DNA of 64,000 nt from an uncultured bacterium (GTDB taxonomy: Bacteria; Desulfobacterota_D; UBA1144; Nemesobacterales; UBA2774). The stretch lies in contig CAWGRW010000009.1 of NCBI GenBank assembly GCA_963825135.1, forward strand, positions 2,624,001 to 2,688,000. The letters are read 5' to 3'. The position numbers were made by a program, and so were the translations under genes. Of the stretch, positions 19,386 to 29,381 are shown one piece after another (position 1 is the first letter of the stretch; every line of letters starts with the position of its first letter). A model generated the notes under the pieces. It did not search any database, was not told the origin of the DNA, and saw nothing but the letters and a program-made list of their open reading frames with translations.

Positions 19386-20503
19386 TGGGCCGGAATCTCC
19401 TCGTCCCCGGGAGTCCCGTCCTTGATTTCTATGAGGTTGTCTTTCTCAACCCCCGCCTCGACCGGGACCCTGACCTTCTTTCCGTCCCTGACGACCTCGA
19501 TGTAGCCGTCCTTATAGGCCTCCTTCGAAACGAAGAGCCCTTCCCTGTCGGCGATCACTATATTGGCCTCGACGGTTATTCCGACCGGTATGTCGGGCGG
19601 ATACGCGGTGTCGGCCTTGACCTTGACCGTCCTCGAGACCCTGTCCGATTCCCTCTCTATGACCCTGATCTTGCCCTCGAACACCTTGTCCGGATATGCG
19701 TCCGTCGTAATGAGCACCTTCTCGCCGGGCTTTATAAGCGGTATGAATTCCTCGTCGACCGAGAGCACGGTCTCGAGCGTCCCCGGGTCTCCTATTGAAA
19801 ACATGATATCGTCCTTGAGCACGCTGTTGACGTAATCCCCTTCCTCGGAGAATTTCCGGAGCACCTCGCCGTCGACCGGGGACTTTATCTCGTGTTTCTC
19901 CATCTCGCGCACGACCGTCTGCTCGGACGCGGTAAGGGAGTCAAGCTCGGAGCGGAGCGATGCGAGCTGGTCGTTTAAGCTCTCGAGCGACTTTGTGTAG
20001 GTCTTCTCCGTCACCTGGAGGCTCTGCTTCGCCTTATCGAAGTCTTCCTTCGAAATAATCCCCTTCTGAAACAGAGATTCCCTCCTCTCGAAGTTCCTCC
20101 TCTCGATCTCCGTATTCATCTTCCATATGGATATCTCGTCCTTAAGCGCCTGGAGGAACGGGGAGTCCTCCTTCATCCTGTTTTCTATGAGCTCCCGTTT
20201 GGCCGATATTTCCTTGAGCTGTTCACTGAGTTTATCGTTCTTTATCGTGGCGATAACTTCGCCCTTTTTTACAATATCCCCTTCCTTCACATTTATATGA
20301 TCGATGTACCCCGACACCTCCGGTTTGATCAGCACCTTGTTGACGCTGTCCACGTAGCCCGAAGCGTACACGGACTTGATGTACCTCTTTTTCTCGACCT
20401 TCGCCGTCTCCTCCGTCTCCTTACCCCCGGGAGCCAGAAAGACGTAAGCGAGCAGGGCGATAACAGCGACCGAGACGAGGATCAATATGTACTTTCTGTT
20501 CAT
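19382..20503 (-). CDS. Efflux membrane-fusion (MacA/HlyD-type) adaptor
   Basis: N-terminal anchor, V.G.I..I.VKEGD.VKKG lipoyl halves, coiled coil, IKSPVDG. Confidence 0.9.
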   Translation of the reverse strand: MNRKYILILVSVAVIALLAYVFLAPGGKETEETAKVEKKRYIKSVYASGYVDSVNKVLIKPEVSGYIDHINVKEGDIVKKGEVIATIKNDKLSEQLKEISAKRELIENRMKEDSPFLQALKDEISIWKMNTEIERRNFERRESLFQKGIISKEDFDKAKQSLQVTEKTYTKSLESLNDQLASLRSELDSLTASEQTVVREMEKHEIKSPVDGEVLRKFSEEGDYVNSVLKDDIMFSIGDPGTLETVLSVDEEFIPLIKPGEKVLITTDAYPDKVFEGKIRVIERESDRVSRTVKVKADTAYPPDIPVGITVEANIVIADREGLFVSKEAYKDGYIEVVRDGKKVRVPVEAGVEKDNLIEIKDGTPGDEEIPAH

Positions 20504-20641
20504 TTAGTCACCCGGGAGTTTGGTATTCGTCTGGTCATCGAAAATTCACAAGTCCTTACTCAAACGGTGCTTTTGCGGCTGACCGCACGCCGGTCCCTCG
20601 GCCGGCCGGGAATTCATTATATGGACTGTATCAATCATAAC

Positions 20642-20658
20642 TGTCAAAATATCATACA
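20642..20658. promoter_or_regulatory. TGT-N11-ACA candidate enhancer (bEBP site)
   Basis: TGTCAAAATATCATACA about 75-90 bp upstream of the sigma-54 site; related sites at 26048, 26079, 41581, 63666. Confidence 0.5.
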
Positions 20659-20732
20659 GCGGACATTGATAATTATAGCTGTAATTTTAAATATAGTCGC
20701 TATTGCACCCTAAACATTCAAAAGTTCTTATA

Positions 20733-20748
20733 CGGCACATATTTTGCA
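20733..20748 (+). promoter_or_regulatory. Sigma-54 (-24/-12) promoter of hsp20-usp genes
   Basis: CGGCACATATTTTGCA = GG-N10-GC, about 40 bp before the ATG. Confidence 0.75.
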
Positions 20749-20789
20749 CAGTTTAAGGTTATCGAATCAATTTCAGGAGGGCAGGCATT

Positions 20790-21245
20790 ATGGCGATAAA
20801 AAGATGGGAACCGACTAAAAGTATGGAGAAGTTCTTCGAGGATATGTTCGAGGAGAATTTACCGGCCAGATTTTTGAGGAGATTTCCGAAGTTTAAGTGG
20901 ATGACCGAGGTCGAGACGGTATGGCCGGCGGTGGATATGTTCGACAAGGCGGACGAGGTGGTCGTCAAGGCGGAGGTGCCGGGGATAGACAAGAAGAACA
21001 TTAAGATCTCGGTATCCGACAACGTGCTGACCATCAAGGGAGAAATGAAGAAGGAAGAAGAGGTCAAGGAAGAGGACTATTATTATTCCGAGAGATCGTA
21101 CGGCAGCTTTTCCAGGTCTCTGACCCTCCCCGCAAAGGTCGTAGAGAACAAGATATCGGCTGAATTCAAGGACGGTATACTTGAAGTACACCTGCCGAAG
21201 GCGGCGGAATCGAAGCCTAAAGAGATAAAAGTGGATGTAAAGTAA
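20790..21245 (+). CDS. Hsp20/alpha-crystallin small heat shock protein
   Basis: PAVDM, KAEVPG, LTIKGE, ERSYGSFSRS.TLP, FKDGILEV.LPK. Confidence 0.95.
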   Translation: MAIKRWEPTKSMEKFFEDMFEENLPARFLRRFPKFKWMTEVETVWPAVDMFDKADEVVVKAEVPGIDKKNIKISVSDNVLTIKGEMKKEEEVKEEDYYYSERSYGSFSRSLTLPAKVVENKISAEFKDGILEVHLPKAAESKPKEIKVDVK

Positions 21246-21317
21246 TAGCCGTGAGCGAGTGCGGGGGGGGCGAGACGGTACGGCCCCCGCCGGGCCGAGT
21301 AATCGAGGAGGCACAAA

Positions 21318-22199
21318 TTGAAAATAAATAAAATCGTATGGGGGGCAGACGGAACGGAGGATTCGGCTCACGCCCTTAAAATATCCGAGGCTCTGTCGCT
21401 CAAGTTCAAATCGCGCATCCTCGGCATTTCCGTCATACCGGATTACTATAACGTTGTGAACCTCTTCCCCGCCGCTGACAAAGCCAGGTTCAGGGACTGG
21501 GTGGACCTCAACCTCATATCGGGGAGGAGGGAATCCCTGGAGAAGGTCAGGCGCGACCTCGCCGGGAAGGGCGTCAACTTCGAATACGAGATACTGAAGG
21601 GCATCCCGTCGAAGATCATCACGAATTTCGCGGTCAAGCAGGACGCCGACCTCATCGCGCTCGGCAGGGGAAGGTCGATCGAGAAGACAATACTCGGCGG
21701 GACGGCCCTCAAGGTACTCCGTATGTCGAGGATACCGGTGCTCACGGCCGGGGGGGATAAGTTCAAGGGGAGCATCAAGAGGATAGTAGTCCCCATCGAC
21801 CTCTCGCACGGCCTGGGCAGGAACTTCGATTACGCGATAGACCTCGCGGCCGCATTCGGCGCGAGCGTTCACGTCTTAAACGTCGTCGAGACCGGGTATC
21901 AGAAATACCCTCCCGAGCTCTCGGAGCAGCTGAGGGGTTTCGCGCAGAGGGAGCTCAAGGAGACGGTAGGCTCGACCAGGCTCAAGGAAGACCTCGGCAT
22001 CAGCACCGTGATCGCCCCGAACGGATGGCGGGGAATCGTGGAATTTGCATCCGGGAAAAAAGCTGATTTAATAGTTATAATGACATACGGGGGCGGCAAG
22101 TTTAAAAAGGAATTCATCGGGAGCGTAGCGGAGAAGGTTATACAGGAGTCTCACTGCCCGGTCATCACGATGACCCCCTCAGTCTCCGGTTCCCGGTAA
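21318..22199 (+). CDS. Universal stress protein, tandem domain
   Basis: Two USP domains: DGT, DLIALG..G, IVVPIDLS, GSVAEKVI..S.CPV. Confidence 0.92.
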   Translation: MKINKIVWGADGTEDSAHALKISEALSLKFKSRILGISVIPDYYNVVNLFPAADKARFRDWVDLNLISGRRESLEKVRRDLAGKGVNFEYEILKGIPSKIITNFAVKQDADLIALGRGRSIEKTILGGTALKVLRMSRIPVLTAGGDKFKGSIKRIVVPIDLSHGLGRNFDYAIDLAAAFGASVHVLNVVETGYQKYPPELSEQLRGFAQRELKETVGSTRLKEDLGISTVIAPNGWRGIVEFASGKKADLIVIMTYGGGKFKKEFIGSVAEKVIQESHCPVITMTPSVSGSR

Positions 22200-22210
22200 G
22201 CGTACAGGAC

Positions 22211-23110
22211 ATGGACATAAAAAAAATTCTCTGGCCGACCGACGGCTCGAAGGAATCCGAAGAGTCACTCAAGGCGGCCCTCTATCTGGCGAGGATCTAC
22301 GGCGCGGGGATAATCTGCCTCCACGTAACCGAGATACATATTCCCATAACGGAGCTCTACCCCACCTACGAGGGCATCGTCATGGACATGGTGGACAAGA
22401 CCGAGCAAAGGTTCAACAAAGAGTTCGCCCGCATCGAGAAGGAAAACCCGGGAGTGAGCTTCTCTTCCAGGGTCGTGCGGGGAAGCATCGTGGACTGGAT
22501 AATAGAGACTGCCCGGGACGAAGGGGCGGAGCTCATAGTCATGGGCAAGAAGGGCCGGGGGCTCATAGGAAGCGCGCTTCTCGGCAGCAACACCCTCAAG
22601 GCGCTCAGGAATTCGCCCGTACCCGTCCTCTCCGTCAAGCCCGAACCGGGGGACAGGGAATTCGGCATAAAAAAAATCCTCGTGCCGTTCGATATCTCCG
22701 ACAAGGCGGATTCCTCGCTTTTATACTCGATCGGACTCGCCGGGAAGCTGGCGGCGTCGCTCACCGTCGTGTACGTGTTCTGGATAGACGCGAATGTTTA
22801 TGAGCTGAGCCCGGAGCTCGTTGACGAGCTCACGGCGCATTCGGCGACGGAGCTATCCCGGAGGGTCGAAGAGATTGCGGATAAGTGCAGGACCGGCTCG
22901 TCGGGCGCGCCCGACGTCGGGATAGAGACGAAGATACTTACAGGCGTGAGCCCGGCGCTTACGATCACCGACTACGCTCACGAGAACGGTTTTGACCTCA
23001 TATCCGTAAGCACGCACGGCAGGAAGGGGTTCGAGAGGATGATACTAGGGAGCGAGACCGAAAAGATTATACGCGAGGCCCGGTGCCCCGTTCTCGCGTT
23101 AAAACCGTGA
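22211..23110 (+). CDS. Universal stress protein, tandem domain
   Basis: PTDGS, IVMGKKG..LLGS, STHGRKG...LGSETEKI..A.CPV. Confidence 0.92.
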   Translation: MDIKKILWPTDGSKESEESLKAALYLARIYGAGIICLHVTEIHIPITELYPTYEGIVMDMVDKTEQRFNKEFARIEKENPGVSFSSRVVRGSIVDWIIETARDEGAELIVMGKKGRGLIGSALLGSNTLKALRNSPVPVLSVKPEPGDREFGIKKILVPFDISDKADSSLLYSIGLAGKLAASLTVVYVFWIDANVYELSPELVDELTAHSATELSRRVEEIADKCRTGSSGAPDVGIETKILTGVSPALTITDYAHENGFDLISVSTHGRKGFERMILGSETEKIIREARCPVLALKP

Positions 23111-23127
23111 ACAAAAAGGACGGCCGC

Positions 23128-23721
23128 ATGGATCGTTTTATAAAGCAATCGTTATGGCTGAGCTTGTGCGTTCTCATCCTGTCGGGAAGCCCGTCCGGGG
23201 CCGGAGAAAACAGGACGGGAACCCCGGACGGCAGGTACGTTGCAAGAGGTAGAGAGCTAGTAACCCAGGGGAACTGCGATTATTGTCATACCCCGCTCGT
23301 AGAAACGAATGAAGGCCCCGTGCCCGACATGAAGAGGAGGCTCTCCGGCCGCCCCCAGGACGCGGAGATACCCGGTCTGCCCGCGGCGGATATCGGCTCC
23401 CCTGAATGGATAGAGTTTCTCGGAACGCTCGATACGACCGAATGGGCGGGGCCCTGGGGCCTTACGTTCTCGAAGAACATCACCCCTGACCCGGAAACAG
23501 GGATAGGCAAGTGGACCGCGGAAATATTCATAGAGACTATGAGGAGTGGAAGACACGTCGATCTCAAAAGGAACATACTCCCGCCCATGCCGTGGCAGGA
23601 CTACGGCAAGCTCGGCGACGACGACCTGAAATCCATATTCGCATATCTCATGACTATTCCCCCCGTGGTGAACGCCGTGCCGAAGCCCGTGCCGATGCCG
23701 CAAAAAAAATCCGTAAAATGA
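23128..23721 (+). CDS. Periplasmic monoheme c-type cytochrome (cytochrome c553-like family)
   Basis: Signal peptide, CDYCHTP, NITPDPETGIGKW, ILPPMPW. Confidence 0.85.
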   Translation: MDRFIKQSLWLSLCVLILSGSPSGAGENRTGTPDGRYVARGRELVTQGNCDYCHTPLVETNEGPVPDMKRRLSGRPQDAEIPGLPAADIGSPEWIEFLGTLDTTEWAGPWGLTFSKNITPDPETGIGKWTAEIFIETMRSGRHVDLKRNILPPMPWQDYGKLGDDDLKSIFAYLMTIPPVVNAVPKPVPMPQKKSVK

Positions 23722-23816
23722 TGTAGAATTATTACTTGTCAATCCGAATACGTTTACTATGCACTCTTATCGATTAAAATAGACGGCAATACGGTTCCGG
23801 AAAGGAGGATCTCAGA

Positions 23817-24686
23817 TTGATTAAGAAAATTGTTTGGGCTTCCGACGGCTCGAAAGACTCCGTCGACGCGCTCGCTTACGCCGAGAATATCGCCCGCCCG
23901 CTTGACTCCGAGATAATAGGCCTCTACGTCATTCCCGACTACTTCGAAGTGAAGGCGCTCGACGAGTTCCCGAGCCCGGAGCTCGACCTCCTCGCGGACT
24001 GGATAAAGGAAAAAGAATCCAAGGGAAGCGACAGGCTTAACAATATAGCCGAAGAGCTCAGGTCCAAGGGGCTCCGCTTCAGGACCCGCATCACCCAGGG
24101 CGTGCCCTACCTGAAAATCATAGAGACGGGCGACGAGGAAAACGCCGACCTCATAGTGCTCGGCAAAGGGAGGGCCGAGGAAAGGAACATACTGGGAGCG
24201 ACCGCCCTCAAGATTCTCAGGCGCTCCAGGATGCCCGTGCTGATAGTAAGACGGGACAGCACGCAGAAGGGAATAAAGAGAATACTCGTCCCGACCGACC
24301 TTTATAATATACTGTCAAGCGACCTCAAGCTCGCGCTCGGCCTGTCGAGAGACCTCCACGCGGAAATATACAGCCTCAACATCGTCGCCACCGGCGAGGG
24401 GAAGTACCCGCCCAAGCTGGTCGAGCTGATGAGGGGGGACGCATACAACAAGCTCACGGAGCAGGTCGAGGAGGCAAAGCTCGAGGACAGGGTCGAAACC
24501 GCGGTCGAGACCGCGAGGAACGCCTGGATAGGCATTATTAATTACGCCAGGGAAAAGAAAATCGACCTGATAATCATGAACACCTACGGGGGTTACAAAT
24601 TCAGGCGGGAGGACTTCATCGGGAGTGTCGCCGAACGGGTAGTGCAGGAATCCCCCTGCCCCGTTATCACCGTCAAGCCCGTCTAG
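23817..24686 (+). CDS. Universal stress protein, tandem domain
   Basis: SDGS, DLIVLG, ILVPTDL, GSVAERVV.ESPCPV; AGGAGG before TTG. Confidence 0.92.
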   Translation: MIKKIVWASDGSKDSVDALAYAENIARPLDSEIIGLYVIPDYFEVKALDEFPSPELDLLADWIKEKESKGSDRLNNIAEELRSKGLRFRTRITQGVPYLKIIETGDEENADLIVLGKGRAEERNILGATALKILRRSRMPVLIVRRDSTQKGIKRILVPTDLYNILSSDLKLALGLSRDLHAEIYSLNIVATGEGKYPPKLVELMRGDAYNKLTEQVEEAKLEDRVETAVETARNAWIGIINYAREKKIDLIIMNTYGGYKFRREDFIGSVAERVVQESPCPVITVKPV

Positions 24687-24719
24687 CCCCAAACCCGTCA
24701 CCCCGTATAACGGAGCGAG

Positions 24720-25718
24720 ATGCTTTCGGCTTTCAGAAACAAGCTCTTCATACCTGTTTTATTGATAATCCTCATAAACGCTGTCGGCACGGTCGGCTAT
24801 ATGGTCATCGAGGGATGGAATTTCATGGACTCCCTCTTTATGACCGTTACCACTCTCACCACGGTCGGCTACGGCGAGGTGCACGACCTTACGCCCTCGG
24901 GCGAGGTGTTTACGATTGTGCTGCTAACGCTCGGGGTGGGCACGATACTCTATCTCCTGAGCGCGCTGGCCAAGATAGTGCTCGAGGGAGAACTTACCAC
25001 ATTAATCGGGAGGTCCAGATTGGAAAGGAGAATAAAATACATAAAAGACCACTATATTGTCTGCGGCTACGGAAGGATGGGGAAGACCGTAGTGAGGGAG
25101 CTCGAGTCCAAGGGCAGGGATATTATCGTAGTGGAAAAAGAGCCGGTAGACGTCGGGGATAAGGAAGACCTGGTTATCGTCGAGGGAGATGCCACCAGGG
25201 ACGAGGTACTTCAGAGGGCGGGCATAGAGAGAGCGTACGGCCTCATTTCCGTGCTCCCGACCGACGCCGAGAACCTGTACGTCGTATTAAGCGCCCGCGG
25301 GCTCAATCCCGGGCTCCTCATCTATACCAGAGCCGGCGACGAAAGCTCGGAGAAGAAGATACTCAGGGCGGGCGCCGACAGGGTGGTATCGCCATACCGC
25401 ACGGGGGGGATGAGGATAGCGAACATGATCTTAAAGCCGGCGGTGGTCGATTTCATCGAATACGCGACCACGGCGGGGAACCTCGAAATCCAGCTCGAAG
25501 AGGTGAAAGTACATGAGGGCTCCGCGCTCGGCGGAAAGACGCTCGAGGCCTCCGGTATCGGGAGGGACCTCGGGATCATCATAGCTGCGATTAAAAAACC
25601 GGACGGGACCATGCAATTCAACCCGACCTCGAAGACCGTCATAGAGTCAGGGGATACGCTCATAGCGCTCGGGGAGATATCTAGGTTAAAGGCGCTCGAA
25701 GCGATGACCGGAAAGTAG
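24720..25718 (+). CDS. Potassium channel with RCK (TrkA-N/TrkA-C) domains
   Basis: TTVGYG selectivity filter, CGYGRMG Rossmann motif, RAGAD.VVSP. Confidence 0.93.
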   Translation: MLSAFRNKLFIPVLLIILINAVGTVGYMVIEGWNFMDSLFMTVTTLTTVGYGEVHDLTPSGEVFTIVLLTLGVGTILYLLSALAKIVLEGELTTLIGRSRLERRIKYIKDHYIVCGYGRMGKTVVRELESKGRDIIVVEKEPVDVGDKEDLVIVEGDATRDEVLQRAGIERAYGLISVLPTDAENLYVVLSARGLNPGLLIYTRAGDESSEKKILRAGADRVVSPYRTGGMRIANMILKPAVVDFIEYATTAGNLEIQLEEVKVHEGSALGGKTLEASGIGRDLGIIIAAIKKPDGTMQFNPTSKTVIESGDTLIALGEISRLKALEAMTGK

Positions 25719-25727
25719 AACCCCTCG

Positions 25728-25970
25728 TCACTCCGCCTCGAACGGGGCCGAGGACGCCCTCGAAATGAATTCCCTCGCTCTCGCGATCCCTTCCTCGGCC
25801 GCTGCTTTACTGTCCCCCTTATGTCCGGGCACGTTCAGTATGACCCTGAGCGACATTATTCTCCCCTTCACGGCCTCCTCCTTCTCCAGATAACCCAACG
25901 TGACCTCGGTTGCGTCCCTCTCCGCGTTATACTGTGTGTCGATCAGGTAAATCACGCCGTAATCGGACAT
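25728..25970 (-). CDS. Small hypothetical protein (80 aa)
   Basis: GGAGG RBS and its own sigma-54 promoter upstream. Confidence 0.7.
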   Translation of the reverse strand: MSDYGVIYLIDTQYNAERDATEVTLGYLEKEEAVKGRIMSLRVILNVPGHKGDSKAAAEEGIARAREFISRASSAPFEAE

Positions 25971-26009
25971 CTGTGCCCTCCCCTTTCAAACGTTTGGAAA
26001 TAGTATACG

Positions 26010-26025
26010 TGCAACCGGGGTGCCA
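26010..26025 (-). promoter_or_regulatory. Sigma-54 promoter
   Basis: Minus strand TGGCACCCCGGTTGCA. Confidence 0.8.
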
Positions 26026-26047
26026 ATTCCTACATTCCCTCTCTCAA

Positions 26048-26095
26048 TGTGTATTTTCCGTACACGGGGCGGACCGGATGTCAGAAAATAGGACA
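26048..26095. promoter_or_regulatory. Paired TGT-N11-ACA candidate enhancer sites
   Basis: TGTGTATTTTCCGTACA (26048-64) and TGTCAGAAAATAGGACA (26079-95), 31 bp apart, between divergent sigma-54 promoters. Confidence 0.6.
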
Positions 26096-26165
26096 GACGA
26101 CATGAAGGAGAACGGTTCCGCCCGTCAGGGACCTTTTTTCGCGGGTTAAATGCATGTAGCCGTGG

Positions 26166-26181
26166 TGGCACTAATGTTGCA
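26166..26181 (+). promoter_or_regulatory. Sigma-54 promoter
   Basis: TGGCACTAATGTTGCA. Confidence 0.82.
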
Positions 26182-26237
26182 ACATTTTAATTATAGAATC
26201 GATCTATTGAGACAATATTACGGGGAGGCGTTTCATA

Positions 26238-26687
26238 ATGAGCGCAAAGAGAAAGAGTCAGGCGGAGTTGCTTAACGAGGTCATAAACCGAAACGTGATA
26301 ACTATCTCGCCGTCGGCGCCGCTCTCGGAAGCGGCATACCTGATGATGAACGAGGACGTAGGGGCGCTCGTCGTAGTGGACAGCGAGCAGAGACCCGTGG
26401 GCATAATTACGGACAGGGACCTCGTAGTCTCGGCGATGGCGGAGGGCGTCAACCCTGACGAGGCGACCGTGGAGGAGGTGATGACGAAGGAGGTCATTAC
26501 CGTCGACGAGGACAAGGACTTGTTCGGGATGCTGAGCGTACTCTCGGAGAACTCCATAAGGAGGCTGCCTGTTACCGGGGGCGGGAGGCTCAAGGGGATA
26601 GTGTCGGTCGACGACCTAATCGTAATCGTCGCCACTGAGCTCGTAAACCTTTCGATGGCGCTCAGCAGCAAGTCGAAGGTGCTTTGA
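26238..26687 (+). CDS. CBS domain pair protein (Hrp1/Rv2626c-like)
   Basis: AAYLM...VGALVVV, GIITDRDLV, IRRLPV, GIVSVDDL. Confidence 0.92.
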   Translation: MSAKRKSQAELLNEVINRNVITISPSAPLSEAAYLMMNEDVGALVVVDSEQRPVGIITDRDLVVSAMAEGVNPDEATVEEVMTKEVITVDEDKDLFGMLSVLSENSIRRLPVTGGGRLKGIVSVDDLIVIVATELVNLSMALSSKSKVL

Positions 26688-26793
26688 GAGGGGCACGGAC
26701 AAATAGTTATTTAATGTGGTAAAATTACAGACACCCTGAGGGTGGGCCGATTAGCGCGGAAAAAGGGAATACAACTCGAAAAGGCGGATATTA

Positions 26794-27702
26794 ATGAAGC
26801 TGAAAAGGATTCTATGGGCGACCGACGGTTCGGGGGAAGCGGAACTCGCTCTGGAGTACGCGAAGTACCTGGCCGGGCTTACCGGCGCTGAAATAATCGG
26901 GGTTCACGTAATACCCCTGCCCGTGCAGCTGCTGTTCGAATCCCTGAGGGAAGAGGACGAGGAGTTCCGGAATTGGCAGTCCGGGGTGGAAAGAAGGGTG
27001 AGCGACAGGTTCGTCGAGGTCAGGAACGAGCTGCTGCATGCGGGAATCAAATTCGACGGAGAAATCCTTAAAGGCATACCCGACGAAAAGATAAGGGAAT
27101 TCTCGCGCCTGAAGAAGGTCGACATCATAGTTCTGGGAAAGCAGGGACACGGGATCATCGAGAGCATGATGATCGGGAGCGAGACCAGGAAGCTTATCAA
27201 GAGCTCGCACGTCCCCGTGCTTGCCGTAAAGAGGAAGGACCCCGCAGTCGGGATAAAAATCAGCAAAATAATAGTCCCTATCGACCTCGCGGACGAGAAC
27301 GATACGGCGCTCGGTTATGCCCTGGATATCGCCGGCTTGACGGGCGCGGACGTAACCACGGTCTATGCGCTCAGGCTGGATATGTACGCACAGGACATGC
27401 CCGCGAGCGCGCTCGACATCGTAATAACGCAGTCGGCGAAAGAGCTCAGGGACAGGACTGAAAAATCGAAAGCCAAATATGAAAGCTCGATCGGCAAGCC
27501 TCTTCAAGCCGATATAAAGACGGAAGTCATACACGGGCTGAGCCCCGCTATATCGATCGCGAATTACGCGTCGAAAAATCACGCGGACCTGATCGTAATC
27601 AACACGCACGCGAGGACGGGGCTAAAGAGGCTCGTGCTCGGGAGCGTGACTGAGAGGATGATACAGGAGTCCCCGTGCTCCGTATTATCGTTAAGGCCGT
27701 AA
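26794..27702 (+). CDS. Universal stress protein, tandem domain
   Basis: ATDGS, IVLGKQG...IGS, NTHARTG...LGSVTERM..SPCSV. Confidence 0.92.
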   Translation: MKLKRILWATDGSGEAELALEYAKYLAGLTGAEIIGVHVIPLPVQLLFESLREEDEEFRNWQSGVERRVSDRFVEVRNELLHAGIKFDGEILKGIPDEKIREFSRLKKVDIIVLGKQGHGIIESMMIGSETRKLIKSSHVPVLAVKRKDPAVGIKISKIIVPIDLADENDTALGYALDIAGLTGADVTTVYALRLDMYAQDMPASALDIVITQSAKELRDRTEKSKAKYESSIGKPLQADIKTEVIHGLSPAISIANYASKNHADLIVINTHARTGLKRLVLGSVTERMIQESPCSVLSLRP

Positions 27703-27723
27703 CAAATTTAACGGCGGTAACCG

Positions 27724-29349
27724 ATGTCCGGCAGTGACAGCCCGAAAAGGCGGGACTTAATAGAATTTCTGCTCGAACCCTCTTCATACCCGCACGGACC
27801 GGCCGGCGTCACTCACCTCCAGACGCACGCGTCTGACGTATTCATAGCCTCCCCTTACGTCTACAAGGTAAAAAAACCCGTAAACCTGGGATTCCTCGAC
27901 TTCAGCACGCTCGAAAAGAGAAAGCACTTCTGCGAAGTGGAGGTGGAGCTCAACAGGAGGCTCTGCCGGGGCGTGTACCTGGGCGTCGAAGAAATTACCC
28001 TCGGCGGCGGGAAGCTCTCGATCGGCGGGCCGGGCGAGGCCGTGGAGTACGCCGTCAGGATGAGGGAAATCCCCGAAGGCAGTTTCCTTGCGAACATGCT
28101 CCGGAAAGGCGATATCGGCGAGGGGGATTTACGAAGGCTCGCCCGGAAGCTCGTGGATTTTTACAGGGATCAGCCCCGCCTTGAGGAGATCGCCGTCTAC
28201 GGGCTCCCCGAGAGGATAAGGGTAAACATAGACGAGAACCTCTCGCTCTCCCGAAAATTCATAGACAGGACGATCTCGCGGGCCGCTTACGACGCGCTGA
28301 CCTGTTACAACGAGCGGTTCTTTTCGGAAAACCGGGAATTATTCCTCAGGCGCATGAAAGAAGGCCGTATCAAGGACTGCCACGGGGACCTCCATCTCGA
28401 CCACATCAGCTTCTCCCCGGACGGCATTTGCGTTTTTGACTGCATCGAGTTCAACGAGAGGTTCAGGTACATAGACACCGCCTCCGACATAGCTTTCCTC
28501 GCCATGGACCTCGACTACAACGGATACCATGGGTTCTCGCGGTTTATAGTCTCGGAGACCGCACGGGAGATGGACGATGACGGCATATACGGCGTCATCG
28601 ATTTCTATAAATGCTACAGGGCGTTCGTAAGGGGCAAGGTCGAGAGTATAAGGGCCTTTGAGCCCGAGGTTCCGGGGGACGAAAAGAAGGCCTCCCTGGA
28701 GAGGGCGAAGAAATACTTCAGGCTCGCGTTAAGGTACGCGCTTTTCGGATCGGGTCCCTCGGTTATAGTCACGTTCGGGATCATAGGCACCGGGAAATCC
28801 ACTCTGGCCGCCATGCTCGGGGAGGAGCTTTCGTGCCGCACCCTGTCTTCGGACTCGGTCAGGAAGGAGATAACGGGGACAAAGCCCGGGGAGCGGAGAT
28901 ACGAGGGGTGGGAAAGCGGCATATACACGGGAGACATAACGGCGAAAACCTACACGGAGATAATCAGACGCGCGCTGACGGAGATCGATACCGGGGGCGC
29001 GGTCATACTCGACGCCAGTTTTTCCAGGCGCAAGTGGAGGGAGCTCCTCCTCGGGGAAGCGGCCCTCAGGGGAGCGAACGTTTATTTCGTCAGGACCAGG
29101 GCGCCTGTCGACGAGGTCGAGCTCAGGCTCCTCAGAAGGGAGAAAGAGGGCTTATCCATCTCGGATGCGGGGGCCGCTTTACTGCCGAGGTTCGTAGCGG
29201 AGTGGGAGGAGCCGGGCGAGATCGAGAGGGGGCAAATGTTCGTCGTCGATACGAACAGGCCTCCTCATGAAGCGCTGAATACATTATTCTCGGATATTAT
29301 CTCGGCGGGGAAAACCCCCGGGCTAAGAGTGAGCTCGGCAATCCCGTGA
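27724..29349 (+). CDS. Rv2004c-like APH-fold kinase + AAA_33 P-loop kinase fusion
   Basis: QTHAS, YKVKKPV.LGFLDFSTLEKR, CHGDLHL, FDCIEFN, G..GTGKST, SSD.VRK, ILDASF. Confidence 0.9.
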   Translation: MSGSDSPKRRDLIEFLLEPSSYPHGPAGVTHLQTHASDVFIASPYVYKVKKPVNLGFLDFSTLEKRKHFCEVEVELNRRLCRGVYLGVEEITLGGGKLSIGGPGEAVEYAVRMREIPEGSFLANMLRKGDIGEGDLRRLARKLVDFYRDQPRLEEIAVYGLPERIRVNIDENLSLSRKFIDRTISRAAYDALTCYNERFFSENRELFLRRMKEGRIKDCHGDLHLDHISFSPDGICVFDCIEFNERFRYIDTASDIAFLAMDLDYNGYHGFSRFIVSETAREMDDDGIYGVIDFYKCYRAFVRGKVESIRAFEPEVPGDEKKASLERAKKYFRLALRYALFGSGPSVIVTFGIIGTGKSTLAAMLGEELSCRTLSSDSVRKEITGTKPGERRYEGWESGIYTGDITAKTYTEIIRRALTEIDTGGAVILDASFSRRKWRELLLGEAALRGANVYFVRTRAPVDEVELRLLRREKEGLSISDAGAALLPRFVAEWEEPGEIERGQMFVVDTNRPPHEALNTLFSDIISAGKTPGLRVSSAIP

Positions 29350-29381
29350 GGGGGGTACCTCACGGGACATTGATATCCGTA

